A DNA stretch of 64,000 bases from an uncultured Phycisphaerales bacterium (lineage in GTDB: Bacteria > Planctomycetota > Phycisphaerae > Tepidisphaerales > Tepidisphaeraceae): contig CAVWVQ010000003.1 of the NCBI GenBank assembly GCA_963758525.1, forward strand, positions 4,384,001 through 4,448,000. Direction: 5' to 3'. This document shows, piece by piece, positions 41,594-51,080 of this stretch. The translations under genes were made by a program, and so were the position numbers. Under the pieces are notes generated by a model, which worked only from the letters and a program-made list of their open reading frames with translations, ran no database searches and was not told where the DNA came from. The first letter of the stretch is position 1. Each line of letters begins with the position of its first letter.

Positions 41594-44500
41594 ATGACAC
41601 AACTCGCTCGCTCGGCGGCATCATTGCAGATCGATGAACGGATCGACGCGGTCGGTCAGAAATTTCGTGCGCAGCGAATCCTTCGCGGCTCGATGTGTTT
41701 TCTGGCGTTCGCGCTGATCAGCGCGATTGCCGCGGCGCTGCTGGCGCATGTTGCAGGTCAAACGCGGTGGACGTCGCTAATTCTGGTAGCCTGGACGACC
41801 TGGCTCCTCGCCAGCGCGTGGCAGTGGATAGCCCGCCCGCTGCTGACCCGTCCCCAGGCGCTGGATGTCGCCCGCCTCATCGAATCGCGCATCGAGGGAC
41901 TCCACAACGGTCTGACCAACGCGCTGCTGCTGGCCCGTCGCGATGACATCGCCGCCAGCCCGTGGCTCCCGCACATCTATGAGGAAGTCGCCCGCGACGC
42001 CCGGCAGCAACGGCTCGTCAGCGCCGTTCGCATGCGCGACCTGCGGCCCGCCGCGCATCGGCTGTCGATTGCGGTGATCCCCGCGATCATCCTGGCCGCG
42101 CTGATGCCCGGCAAAATCGCGCACGGCTGGCAGCAGTTGTTTCATCCCGCAACCTTCATCCCAGGAACAGGCGCCGCACAGCTCCTCGACGTCGAACCGA
42201 AGGACGTGACGCTGATCGCAGGCCAGCCGCTGGAAATTACCATTCGCGCCAAGGCCCCCAACACGCCGGATGCGACGCTCTTCTTCGATCGACCCGCCGG
42301 CGCGACTTCGCCGATGGCGGCAACTATCTCGTTGCCGTTCGCGCGAGCCCCTGGCGCCAGCGATGAGCTGCAGTACAGCTATCGCGTCGATCATCTCGAC
42401 GCCGCGTTACGGTATCGCGTTGAGGTCGCGGGGACGCAAAGCCCGTGGTACACCGTGACGCTCGTGAAGCAGGTGAAGCTGGCTTCGATGGATTTGAAGA
42501 TCACGCCGCCCCCTTACACGGGTCTGCCCGCGCGATCGCTTTCGATGACGTCCGAGGAGATTCCCAAAGAGATCGTTGCCGTTCCCCAGGGGAGTCGGAT
42601 TGACGTGGCGGCAAATGTCGATGTGCCAGTCAGCGGCGCGCTGCTGCAGTGCGGCGACGCAACCCTCGCGCGGATGCAGGAGACGGCCGCGCACGAGCGG
42701 TTTGAAAGCTCGTTCACGCTCGCGGATGACACGCCGATGGCCTTCTTAGTCACCGACGGCGCGAAGCAGATTATTGCAAAACTGCCGGAAGAGACATTCA
42801 TACTTCACTGCGTGAAGGACGCGCCGCCCGTCATCACGATGAAATGGCCGACGCAGGATGTGAGTGTTGCGCCGAATCAGCCATTGAAGGTTTCGGCATT
42901 ATTGCGCGACGACTATGGCGTCGCGTCCGTTCGGCTATTGATGTCCAGCGAGAGCGGAACCTTGGCGCCCCGTCCATCCGCACCTGGAGGTGTTCCCGCG
43001 GAATCGCAGGGATCACAGCCGGGGGCGGCGCCGCCGAAAGATCCGCAACAAGACAGTACATCCGCGGAGCAGCCGCTTGCCGTGGTTCACGAAACATTGT
43101 TCGAGCCCGCTGCGGGCGTAAGGCAACCGCTGGCAGTGGAGTTCGTTCTCGCGCTTCCGGCGGATCAGCGGGTGAACGGCAATTCCATCCGCATGCAGCT
43201 CGAGGCGACCGACAACCGCATGCTCGGATCGGGAAATCCATCGGAGGCCGGTCCGCAGACGACGCGCTCGCCGATATTCCAGATCAAGTTTGACGATCCT
43301 GCCGCCATCGCGAAGCAGCAGAAAGAGAAGAGCGACAGGCTGCACGACGCGCTGCTGGCATTGCTGAAACAGCAGGTGGCGCTGCACGAGAAGACGACGC
43401 CGTTATTGCTGAAACAGCCGGCGCAGTTCGCGGCAGCCGCGCCGCAACTGGCAAGCATCGCGTCAGGGCAGGCGGACTTGCGGGCGGCTATTCAACTGAC
43501 CGCCGACACATTCCCTTTCAGCGCCGATGATCGGCGGGTGCAGAAGACACTGCTGATGCTCGCGGTCGATCCGGCCAAGGACGCGGTCGATTTTGCCGCG
43601 TCGCTCCGCGACGAGTCGGTCGCGAGCGCCCGGCTCCGGCTGCACAGCGACCTGGAAACCCGCCAGCGCCGCATCATTACGACGCTGCAAAGCCTCCTCG
43701 CGCTGCTTGCTGCCGCGCCCGAGCCGACGACGCAGGCGGCGCAGCATCCCCACGAAGATCTGTTGAGCCAGGCAGACGCGTTCAAGAAGCTCGATGAGGG
43801 TCTGAAGCAGTTCACGGAGCAGCAGCAGAAGATCCTCGATCAGACGGCGGGGCTCGCGAAAAAGCCGGTGGATGACTGGGACGACAACGATAAGAAGAAG
43901 CTCGACGAGCTGAAGATGGCTCAGGAAAAGCTCGATGCGTTCATGCAGCAGAAGGTCTCTGATTTCTCGAAGAATTCAGATCAGGACATGTCCAACAGCT
44001 CGATGCTGAAAGACCTGGCGCAGATCTACAGCGAAACGACCATGGCCAAAGACGCGCTGAATCAGAAGGCGGCCGAGATCGCGGTGGCCGACGAGGACAA
44101 TGGGCTGGAGCTGGCCAAGGAGCTTTCGAGCAACATTGAGAAATGGCTGAGCAATGCGCCCGATCGCCAGAAATGGACGCAGGAGGATCCGGCCGGCAAG
44201 ACCGACACGCCGATGCCGGAATTGCCGAAGGATTTGCAGGACATGGTCGGCGAGCTTCTCGAGCAGGAGGAAGACCTCTTCGATCAGGTGGAGGACGCCA
44301 ACGCCAATTGGGCCGACTCGGCTGACAAGGGCGTTGGCATGGACGCCGCGGATGGGCCGATTGCCGACATGAGTGCCAAGGGAGTGACCGGCAACACGCT
44401 GCCCAACGACAATGAGATGAACGGCCGAGCCGGCGAAGGCCGCCAGGGCAAGAGCCAGGGTGAATTTGCCGGCGACACCGCGGTAGGCAAGGGCGGTCGT

Positions 44501-45019
44501 CGCACGCCGACGCGGCTCGACCCCACACCATTTGCCAAAGGGCAGGTGAAGGACACCAGCACCGACCCCAGCGGCGGGGCGACCGGCGGCGGCAAACTTT
44601 CCGGCGAGGGAGGCGAAGGCCTCGAAGGTCCCGTGCCGCCGAAAGTGAAACAGACCATGCAGCGTTTGGCCGAGAAACAGGCCGAATTGCGCAACGCCGC
44701 CGAACGGCTCAATCTCCAGTATCACCTGAATCGCTACGACAATTTCAAGCTTGCCGAGTCCGTGGCTCTCATGCGACGCGTCGAATCCGATCTGCAGTCC
44801 AACCGCTATTCAAACGCACTGCGCCATCGCGACGTCACGCTCGATGACCTGGACACCAGCCGGCTCCTTCTGGGCGGGGAGGTGCACGTGCAGCAGGACA
44901 CAACTCCCAAGACCAGCCAGAAGCTCCAATCGGAGATCAATGATGCGATGAATGGCGAACTGCCGGCGGCGTGGTCGGACGCCCTGAAGGCGTACTATCA
45001 GAAGCTGGGGGAGCGGTGA
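41594..45019 (+). CDS. Large membrane-anchored protein with Ig-like region and long coiled-coil tail (DUF4175-like)
   Basis: Three N-terminal TM segments, ITPPPYTG, DDYGV, EATDN motifs, Q/K/D-rich helical C-terminus ending YYQKL. Confidence 0.75.
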   Translation: MTQLARSAASLQIDERIDAVGQKFRAQRILRGSMCFLAFALISAIAAALLAHVAGQTRWTSLILVAWTTWLLASAWQWIARPLLTRPQALDVARLIESRIEGLHNGLTNALLLARRDDIAASPWLPHIYEEVARDARQQRLVSAVRMRDLRPAAHRLSIAVIPAIILAALMPGKIAHGWQQLFHPATFIPGTGAAQLLDVEPKDVTLIAGQPLEITIRAKAPNTPDATLFFDRPAGATSPMAATISLPFARAPGASDELQYSYRVDHLDAALRYRVEVAGTQSPWYTVTLVKQVKLASMDLKITPPPYTGLPARSLSMTSEEIPKEIVAVPQGSRIDVAANVDVPVSGALLQCGDATLARMQETAAHERFESSFTLADDTPMAFLVTDGAKQIIAKLPEETFILHCVKDAPPVITMKWPTQDVSVAPNQPLKVSALLRDDYGVASVRLLMSSESGTLAPRPSAPGGVPAESQGSQPGAAPPKDPQQDSTSAEQPLAVVHETLFEPAAGVRQPLAVEFVLALPADQRVNGNSIRMQLEATDNRMLGSGNPSEAGPQTTRSPIFQIKFDDPAAIAKQQKEKSDRLHDALLALLKQQVALHEKTTPLLLKQPAQFAAAAPQLASIASGQADLRAAIQLTADTFPFSADDRRVQKTLLMLAVDPAKDAVDFAASLRDESVASARLRLHSDLETRQRRIITTLQSLLALLAAAPEPTTQAAQHPHEDLLSQADAFKKLDEGLKQFTEQQQKILDQTAGLAKKPVDDWDDNDKKKLDELKMAQEKLDAFMQQKVSDFSKNSDQDMSNSSMLKDLAQIYSETTMAKDALNQKAAEIAVADEDNGLELAKELSSNIEKWLSNAPDRQKWTQEDPAGKTDTPMPELPKDLQDMVGELLEQEEDLFDQVEDANANWADSADKGVGMDAADGPIADMSAKGVTGNTLPNDNEMNGRAGEGRQGKSQGEFAGDTAVGKGGRRTPTRLDPTPFAKGQVKDTSTDPSGGATGGGKLSGEGGEGLEGPVPPKVKQTMQRLAEKQAELRNAAERLNLQYHLNRYDNFKLAESVALMRRVESDLQSNRYSNALRHRDVTLDDLDTSRLLLGGEVHVQQDTTPKTSQKLQSEINDAMNGELPAAWSDALKAYYQKLGER

Positions 45020-45144
45020 CTTCCTCCCAGCGGCTGGAGAGTCTCCGCAGAATGAACGCGCTCGTGACCCTGTGACGGCACCGCCGCTCCGGAACGGGCG
45101 TGCGCGAATTTCCGAGAAAAGTTAATTCAAGGCGATATCCGCTG

Positions 45145-45266
45145 TTTCCCCCTCCCCTGGTACTCCCGCGGGAGGGTTGGGGTGGGGGTTCGTCCGTTCG
45201 GCGGCCCGCTTCAACTTCACGCTCTCCCCCCACCTCGATCCTCCCCCCGGGTACGAGGGGAGGAGG
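45145..45266. repeat. Palindromic element, CCCCTCCCCTGGTACTCC family
   Basis: TTTCCCCCTCCCCTGGTACTCCCGCGGGAGGGTTGGGGTGGGGG ... CCCCCACCTCGATCCTCCCCCCGGGTACGAGGGGAGGAGG. Confidence 0.82.
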
Positions 45267-45407
45267 CAAGAAGAGACCTCTCCAGAAATTTGCGCACGCC
45301 CTCCGGAGCCCTCCGGAACCAGAAGACCTATTTTTCTTTTCGATTGCGCCTGACGCGGGTACGATCGGCGGCCGATCTGCTTTCTCACACTCCGTCCGAG
45401 GTTTCAG

Positions 45408-46241
45408 ATGGCTGACCTGAACTATCAACCTTTTGCAGCGAACGCGCGAATCAAACGCGCGGCCAACAACGCGCCGGCCATGAAGCGCGGGGAGCAGGAT
45501 CGGGCTGCAGTGGTGATTCTTCAGGAGGCCCTGATTAAAGCCGGATTCGCGATCAAAGATGGCGCCACTGGAGTCTTCGGCGCGGAAACCGCGGCGGCGG
45601 TTCATGCGGTCGAAACGGCACATCAGCTCAACGTGGACACGGGCGACGCCGGGACGCAGGTGATCCACCAGCTCGACGCGCTGCTCACGGGGCGGCACGC
45701 GAAATTTTTCATCCGCTCGGCGGATCTGCAGCTTTTCTTTCAGCAGACCAGCACGCAGGGCGGATTCACGCACGATTCCTACGTCACCAAGGCGCGGAAT
45801 CTCCTCGAAGCCTTTGGTCTGACGTTGAACATCACCAATCTTCGCACGCCGGAGCTGAGCTTCGCCGAGTTGGTCGATCCCAGCAATCGATCGGACATCG
45901 AAAGAGTTCGCGTGGCGGCGGAGAAGAGCACGCCCGGAATGATTGGTACGCTGCGGGTGATCTTTTGTCGTTTTTCCAGCGGCAATCCCTTCAACGCGCT
46001 CACCGACGGCGGGCCGCGCCCGTTGCCAAGCGGTCTGCAGGTTCCGGATTTCACCCTCATCGACGTGGGAAAAAGAAGGGCCGACCAATGCGTCCTCATC
46101 CACGAGATGATTCACGCCACCGGCCTGGAGCAGCACGACTCCGATATGGAGAGCGTATTTTCCGAGGGCTCGAACCGATCGGTTCTCAAGCCTGAGCACG
46201 CAGAAAGGCTCAGCAACGCGTTCTTCGCGCGACGCCGTTAG
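45408..46241 (+). CDS. Peptidoglycan-binding domain fused to a putative zincin metallopeptidase
   Basis: MKRGEQ..AVVILQEALIKAGF...TGVFGAETAAAV (PG_binding_1-like); C-terminal HEMIHATGLEQH; GAGG RBS. Confidence 0.72.
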   Translation: MADLNYQPFAANARIKRAANNAPAMKRGEQDRAAVVILQEALIKAGFAIKDGATGVFGAETAAAVHAVETAHQLNVDTGDAGTQVIHQLDALLTGRHAKFFIRSADLQLFFQQTSTQGGFTHDSYVTKARNLLEAFGLTLNITNLRTPELSFAELVDPSNRSDIERVRVAAEKSTPGMIGTLRVIFCRFSSGNPFNALTDGGPRPLPSGLQVPDFTLIDVGKRRADQCVLIHEMIHATGLEQHDSDMESVFSEGSNRSVLKPEHAERLSNAFFARRR

Positions 46242-46370
46242 GAGACCGCGAAAAATCGTGAGACGTGCCCGTTCCGGCGTGCTTTTGGTAGAATGCCACC
46301 GCAACAAATTGGTAGAGTCGCGATCTTTCGCGATCATTGGGTGTCCCGAAGCGCACATTGGGAAACAATC

Positions 46371-46652
46371 ATGCAAGTTTCTTTAAGCCCCCAAGTCGAG
46401 AAGCTCGTTGAGAACCAGTTGAAAGCCGGGCGATTCGCGTCGGCTGACGAGGTGATCGAGGCCGCGATTGTGCAGCTTGCCAAGTACGATGATGCGGCTG
46501 ACTGGGAGCCTGCAGAACTCGACGATCTGCGAGCACACGTTGCGGTCGGAATCGGCCAACTCGAGCGCGGCCAAGGAACCCCCTGGAGCATCGACAACGT
46601 GCGGAGAGAGGGACAACGACTTCTGACGGATACCAAAAAAGAAGAGCGCTGA
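46371..46652 (+). CDS. parD: ParD-family antitoxin
   Basis: MQVSLSPQVEKLVENQLKAGRFASADEVIEAAI...LRAHVAVGIGQLERG. Confidence 0.82.
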   Translation: MQVSLSPQVEKLVENQLKAGRFASADEVIEAAIVQLAKYDDAADWEPAELDDLRAHVAVGIGQLERGQGTPWSIDNVRREGQRLLTDTKKEER

Positions 46653-46947
46653 ATGCGTCAGCCGATCAGATCCCCGGAGGCAGAACTGGACGCCGCGCGC
46701 ATCTGGCGCTACATCGCCGAGCAGAATCTGCCGGCAGCAGAGCGGTGGCTCACCAGGATCGACGAGACAATTCGTTTGCTTTGCGAATACCCAGGCGCGG
46801 GGCAGCGCCGTGACGATCTGGCCCCGCACCTGCAGTTACCCGGTGGGACGATACTTGATTTTCTATCGCACCACCGAAATTTCGATTGAAATTGTTCGAA
46901 TTCTTCACGGCGCGCGACGGCTTCGGCGAATCATCGCGCAACAATAA
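46653..46947 (+). CDS. parE: ParE/RelE-family toxin; frameshift near 46832
   Basis: SPEAELDAARIWRYIAEQN, YPGAGQRRDDL; shifted frame SYPVGRYLIFYR...IEIVRILHGAR to TAA 46945-46947. Confidence 0.82.
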
Positions 46948-46969
46948 CTTTTCCGAATTTGCCGAGCCG

Positions 46970-47728
46970 TCACCAGCCGAAAAACTCCGTCGCATTCGTC
47001 TCAACGATCCGGCCAAACTCCGTGTACTCGAGCTCTTTAATCTCTGCCGCGACCTTTGCAACCAGAACGACCAGCGCCGGCTCGTTTGTTTTCTGCTTGC
47101 GCATCGGCTCGGGCGTGAGATACGGAGCATCCGTTTCCACGAGAAGCCGATCGATCGGCGTCATCTTCACCACCTCGCGCAGCTCCTGATTCTTCTTGAA
47201 CGTGATTGGGCCGGTGAATCCCAGCATGTATCCGGCATCGAGAATCTGTTTCGCCTCGGAGAGCGAGCCGGTGAAGCAATGGAAGTCCGCGCGGATGGAC
47301 GGGAAGTTTCGCAGGATCGCCAGGCAATCGTTGGTTGCTTCCCGGCAATGGATCACAACGGGACGATTGAACTCCGTCGCAAGCTGAAGCTGAAACTCAA
47401 AGACGGCCTTCTGCTTCTGTGGCGGCGAGCGGTCGTAGTGATAATCGAGTCCCATTTCTCCCAGCGCTACCACCGACGGATGGGACTGCATCTCGCGCAG
47501 CCGGGGAAGATCGGAAAGTTCTGTCTCGGCGCTGTAGTTCGGGTGGACGCCGATCGCACAGCGAACATCGGGAAGTCGCGCGCACAGGGCGATCACCGCC
47601 AGGTCGTCTTCGAGTCCGGTGCCGATGGAGATCATGCGGGTGACGCCTGCGGCGGCCGCGCGCTGCAGCACACCGGCGAGCTGATCGCCAAGGCGGGAAT
47701 CGGTGAGATGGCAATGAGTGTCGATCAT
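46970..47728 (-). CDS. tatD: TatD family nuclease
   Basis: MIDTHCHL, GVHP, GEMGLDY, VIHCRE, HCFTG, ETDAPYL. Confidence 0.93.
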   Translation of the reverse strand: MIDTHCHLTDSRLGDQLAGVLQRAAAAGVTRMISIGTGLEDDLAVIALCARLPDVRCAIGVHPNYSAETELSDLPRLREMQSHPSVVALGEMGLDYHYDRSPPQKQKAVFEFQLQLATEFNRPVVIHCREATNDCLAILRNFPSIRADFHCFTGSLSEAKQILDAGYMLGFTGPITFKKNQELREVVKMTPIDRLLVETDAPYLTPEPMRKQKTNEPALVVLVAKVAAEIKELEYTEFGRIVETNATEFFGW

Positions 47729-47737
47729 TTCGAATAC

Positions 47738-47937
47738 AGGCACGAAGGCACGGAGGCACGGAGGCACGAAGGGAAAGGCAAAGGACGTGAATGCGCGGAA
47801 CTATTCCATAAATTTGCAGTCAAGGCTTCACCTGTAAAAGTCTGCGGCAACGGCACGGAGGAACGAAGCAAAATCGGCAGAGATGATCTTCCTTCCTCAC
47901 CCTTCGTGCCTCCGTGCCTCAATGCCTTCGTGCCTTC
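47738..47937. repeat. Inverted element of the GGCACGAA/GGCACGGA octamer family
   Basis: AGGCACGAAGGCACGGAGGCACGGAGGCACGAAGGG ... CCCTTCGTGCCTCCGTGCCTCAATGCCTTCGTGCCT. Confidence 0.85.
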
Positions 47938-47940
47938 CCC

Positions 47941-48348
47941 TTAAAACGTCGCTTCAAATGCCGCCGGCGTATGCCGGATCTGCGGCTGGCGTCCCGGGGG
48001 CCAGATGATCGCCACCACGTCAAACCGCGCCGGCGGTTGCGGACTTCCGTACCGGGCGAGATACGTTCGGGCGGCTTTGGTGATCTGGTGCCGCTTGATC
48101 GGATTCACCTGCTGCTCCGGCGTCGGGTCGTCGTCCACGCGGGTCTTGACCTCCACGAACACCAGCGTCTTGCCGTCGCGGGCGATGATATCGATCTCCC
48201 CGACTTCCGTGCGGAAATTCCGTACGATGATTTTCATTCCCTGCGTGCGCAGATACTTGGCTGCCATGTTCTCGCCGCGATCGCCCAGCGCATTGCGCGG
48301 CGGCTTGGGCTTCATGCGGTTCAGGAGCTGATCGAGCCAGGCAGGCAT
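47941..48348 (-). CDS. YraN family (UPF0102) predicted nuclease
   Basis: LGDRGE, RNFR..GEIDII, LVFVEVKTR, RFDVV. Confidence 0.9.
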   Translation of the reverse strand: MPAWLDQLLNRMKPKPPRNALGDRGENMAAKYLRTQGMKIIVRNFRTEVGEIDIIARDGKTLVFVEVKTRVDDDPTPEQQVNPIKRHQITKAARTYLARYGSPQPPARFDVVAIIWPPGRQPQIRHTPAAFEATF

Positions 48349-48730
48349 CAGTTCAAGGGTAGCTGGGAACCAGCCGGGCAGGCAACAATTACACGGCGTC
48401 TGCTCAGCGAGAGAAATCAACAGCCTCGAAGGAGCCAAGACGGTCGTCACGGCGACTGAACTGCTACAGCCCGAATCGGGGGGAAGGGGAGCGAAGAGTG
48501 AGGAGTTGCAAGTTGAGGGAGTGCAAATTTCAAATTCAAATCTCAAATTTGCGAGCGACGCCCGAACGCGGCGATATTTCCAGCTCGCCAGCCACGCCGC
48601 CGTGGCTTGCCCTTCGCGGTGGTCTTCATTGATATCGCGCGGTTCCCTGTTTTTGAAACAGCATTTCGCCGCTGCTCCTTCGCGACTATCTCGCGCCTTC
48701 GCTTCGATGCGGCTCTTTTTGTCCAGCAAT

Positions 48731-49153
48731 CTACGTCGCGGCAGCGACCAGTTCGGGCTGAGGAGCGGCTGCGACGGGCGCGGCAGCTTCGCCGTCCTTC
48801 TTCACGCGACGCTTTTCGGTCAGGCGGACAGCCTTGCCGACGCGGTGGCGGAGATAGAAGAGCTTGGCCCGGCGGGCCTCGCCGCTTCGTTTGACGGTGA
48901 CCTTGGAGATGAACGGCGAATGCAGCGGGAAAATACGCTCGACCCCTTCGTTGTTGACGATGCGACGAACGGTGAAGGTCTCATTGATGCCCCGGCCCTT
49001 GCGCATGATGACGGTGCCGGTGAAGACCTGAATGCGCTCTTTCTCGCCTTCGAGGATTCGCGTGGCGACATCGACGGTGTCGCCGACGTCGAACTGCGGG
49101 GGATTCTTCTTGAGATAGGCGGATTCGACGCTTTCGATAATGCGGTTGATCAT
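48731..49153 (-). CDS. rplS: 50S ribosomal protein L19
   Basis: FDVGDTV, EGEKERIQVFTG, TFTVRRI, GVERIFP, RRAKLFYLR. Confidence 0.97.
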   Translation of the reverse strand: MINRIIESVESAYLKKNPPQFDVGDTVDVATRILEGEKERIQVFTGTVIMRKGRGINETFTVRRIVNNEGVERIFPLHSPFISKVTVKRSGEARRAKLFYLRHRVGKAVRLTEKRRVKKDGEAAAPVAAAPQPELVAAAT

Positions 49154-49252
49154 GACTGGTCTCCGGTCAGAAGTTCTCTCGTCCGCCGGCGACGGCCGGT
49201 AAAGCCGCAAGGGACGGATCGTTTAGCCGCTGCCCCGGGGGGCAGCGTTCAC

Positions 49253-49957
49253 TCATTCGCTCGTCGCGTCGTTCAGGTACCTCTTCCAGAGGTCGGGACG
49301 CTGCTGTTGGGTCCTTAGTTTTCGCTGCTCCAGCCGCCAGGCCGCTATTTCCGCATGGTTGCCGCTCAACAGCACCGGCGGCACCAGCATGTCGCGATAC
49401 TCCCGTGGCCGGGTGTATTGCGGATGTTCCAACAGGCCATCGGCAAACGACTCGTCCGCCGCTCCGTCGGCCGCTCCCAGCACGCCGGGCAGCAGCCGAA
49501 CCACCGCATCCACCACAATCATCGCGGCAATCTCGCCGCCGCTGAGCACATAATCGCCGATGCTCAGTTCCATCGGCGCCAAGCCTTCGACGATGCGCTG
49601 GTCGAAGCCTTCGTAATGTCCCGCAATCAGGAGCAGGCGCTCCCGGCCGGCCAACTCCGTGGCCAATTTCTGATCGAACAACCGTCCTTGGGGGCTTAAC
49701 AGAATTCGTGTCGCGGGACGTGAATCCTGCCGTTCGGCATGCTCGACGGCGTCAAACACCGTCTGACACATCATCACCATTCCCGGCCCGCCCCCGAAGG
49801 GCTTATCGTCAACCGATTTGTGCGCGTCGGACGCGAAATCGCGGATCTGGGTCAGGTGATATGATACGATTTTTTTTTCAGCCGCCCGCTTTGGAATACT
49901 GGTTCCAAGCAACGGCCCAAACATCTCCGGGAAAAGCGTCAGGATGTCGATCCGCAC
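49253..49957 (-). CDS. trmD: tRNA (guanine-N1)-methyltransferase
   Basis: ILTLFPEMF, VDDKPFGGGPGM, GHYEGFDQR, SIGDYVLSGGE, LLEHPQYTRP. Confidence 0.97.
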   Translation of the reverse strand: MRIDILTLFPEMFGPLLGTSIPKRAAEKKIVSYHLTQIRDFASDAHKSVDDKPFGGGPGMVMMCQTVFDAVEHAERQDSRPATRILLSPQGRLFDQKLATELAGRERLLLIAGHYEGFDQRIVEGLAPMELSIGDYVLSGGEIAAMIVVDAVVRLLPGVLGAADGAADESFADGLLEHPQYTRPREYRDMLVPPVLLSGNHAEIAAWRLEQRKLRTQQQRPDLWKRYLNDATSE

Positions 49958-49989
49958 AACGTTCGCGCCTTCTCTCCACCAGCGAAAGC

Positions 49990-50331
49990 TTACGCAGTCG
50001 CAGCTGCAGTCGCTTCCTTCTTCTCGCCGGCAGGAGCCGCGACGACTTTAGGCTTGCCCGGCCGCGGGAGGCGGAGCGACTTGTGCTCCAGACCGTTCTT
50101 CTTGAGCAGTGACGAGACTGTTTCCGAGGGAACCGCGCCGACGTCAAGCCAGTGCTTGCAACGGTCAAGCTTTACCACAAATTGTTTGGTGCCATCCTTA
50201 TTGGTCGGGTCGTAATACCCCAACTCCTCGATCACTCGCCCGTCGCGCGGGGAGCGGGAGTCAATGGCATTGAGCCGGTAAAACGCGTGGTTGGTCCGGC
50301 CAAGTCGCTTGAATCGTAACTTCACTGACAT
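49990..50331 (-). CDS. rpsP: 30S ribosomal protein S16
   Basis: VKLRFKRLGR, FYR, DSRSPRDGRVIEELGYYDP. Confidence 0.97.
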   Translation of the reverse strand: MSVKLRFKRLGRTNHAFYRLNAIDSRSPRDGRVIEELGYYDPTNKDGTKQFVVKLDRCKHWLDVGAVPSETVSSLLKKNGLEHKSLRLPRPGKPKVVAAPAGEKKEATAAATA

Positions 50332-50371
50332 TCAGGGTCTCCATCGTCTCAAAAATTCAGCAGAATCGGAG

Positions 50372-50399
50372 AGTATAACGGGTCGCCGCCGGCTGACAA
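50372..50399 (-). promoter_or_regulatory. Putative sigma70 promoter of rpsP-trmD-rplS
   Basis: TTGTCA-N16-TATACT. Confidence 0.65.
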
Positions 50400-50529
50400 G
50401 TCGTCGGTTGGGAAATTCTCGGGGCCGGCCTCGACCTGCGGGGCGGCGGCTTCGCCACCGTGTCAAACGCTCAACTAAACGCTGCAACCTACAAGTACCA
50501 CACAAGGTAGAGAGCAGCAAAAACCTGGG

Positions 50530-50775
50530 TCATGTGGAAAGACGCCGCGTTCCCAATAGCGAGTCCGGAATCTTGTTTCTTTCAATGTGCGCCGCCACTT
50601 CCTCCTGATGGTCGCTAAAGTAACTCAGGGCATCGAAGACCTGTGCCATTTTCAAATGCGGCAAGCGCGCAGGAATCTCCTCCGGAGCGATCCCTGCTCT
50701 CCACATTTCAACGATCGCGCGAACCGATGTCCGAGTGCCGGCAATGATTGGCTCACCGCCGAGAAGAGTCGTCAT
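50530..50775 (-). CDS. DUF433 domain protein (putative antitoxin)
   Basis: LGGEPIIAGTRTSVRAI, PEEI...PHL..AQVFDALSY. Confidence 0.85.
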   Translation of the reverse strand: MTTLLGGEPIIAGTRTSVRAIVEMWRAGIAPEEIPARLPHLKMAQVFDALSYFSDHQEEVAAHIERNKIPDSLLGTRRLST

Positions 50776-50869
50776 CACCAAATAGTATAGCACAACGCAA
50801 CGTGGCCCACACAAAGATGCTGATAGGTGGCCGTGCTCCAAATTCGGGCAGCGGGCAGGTCGGCAACCC

Positions 50870-51074
50870 GAATGACGAAACCAGAATCCCCGAATCAAAC
50901 CAAAATGACGAATGATCGAATGTATTTTCGGCTGCTTGCGGTTTGTCTGATTCGCGGGGGAGTCAACATTGCGCGTCGGAAGACTCCTGTCGGCGACCAC
51001 CCATTCGGTCATTCGTCATTCGTCATTCGGGTTTGGTTCTGGTTTCTGGTTTCTGGTTTCGGAATTCTGATTTC
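50870..51074. repeat. Inverted heptamer tracts (AATGACG/GAAACCA versus TCATTCG/TTTCTGG)
   Basis: GAATGACGAAACCAGAATCCCCGAATCAAACCAAAATGACGAATG ... CATTCGTCATTCGTCATTCGGGTTTGGTTCTGGTTTCTGGTTTCTGGTTTC. Confidence 0.82.
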
Positions 51075-51080
51075 CGGCCA

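Noticed and set aside
42955..43075. Third in-frame repeat insertion in the DUF4175-like gene (CACAGCCGGGGGCGGC)
   Set aside because: Only a partial match to the 10716 REP with no clear second arm; could be an ordinary Pro/Ser/Gln linker.
48350..48730. Structured ncRNA (6S-like) between rplS and the YraN gene
   Set aside because: No convincing long stem or family motif. The region holds short CAAATTT-like repeats and a candidate -10 for YraN. An Rfam scan would be needed.
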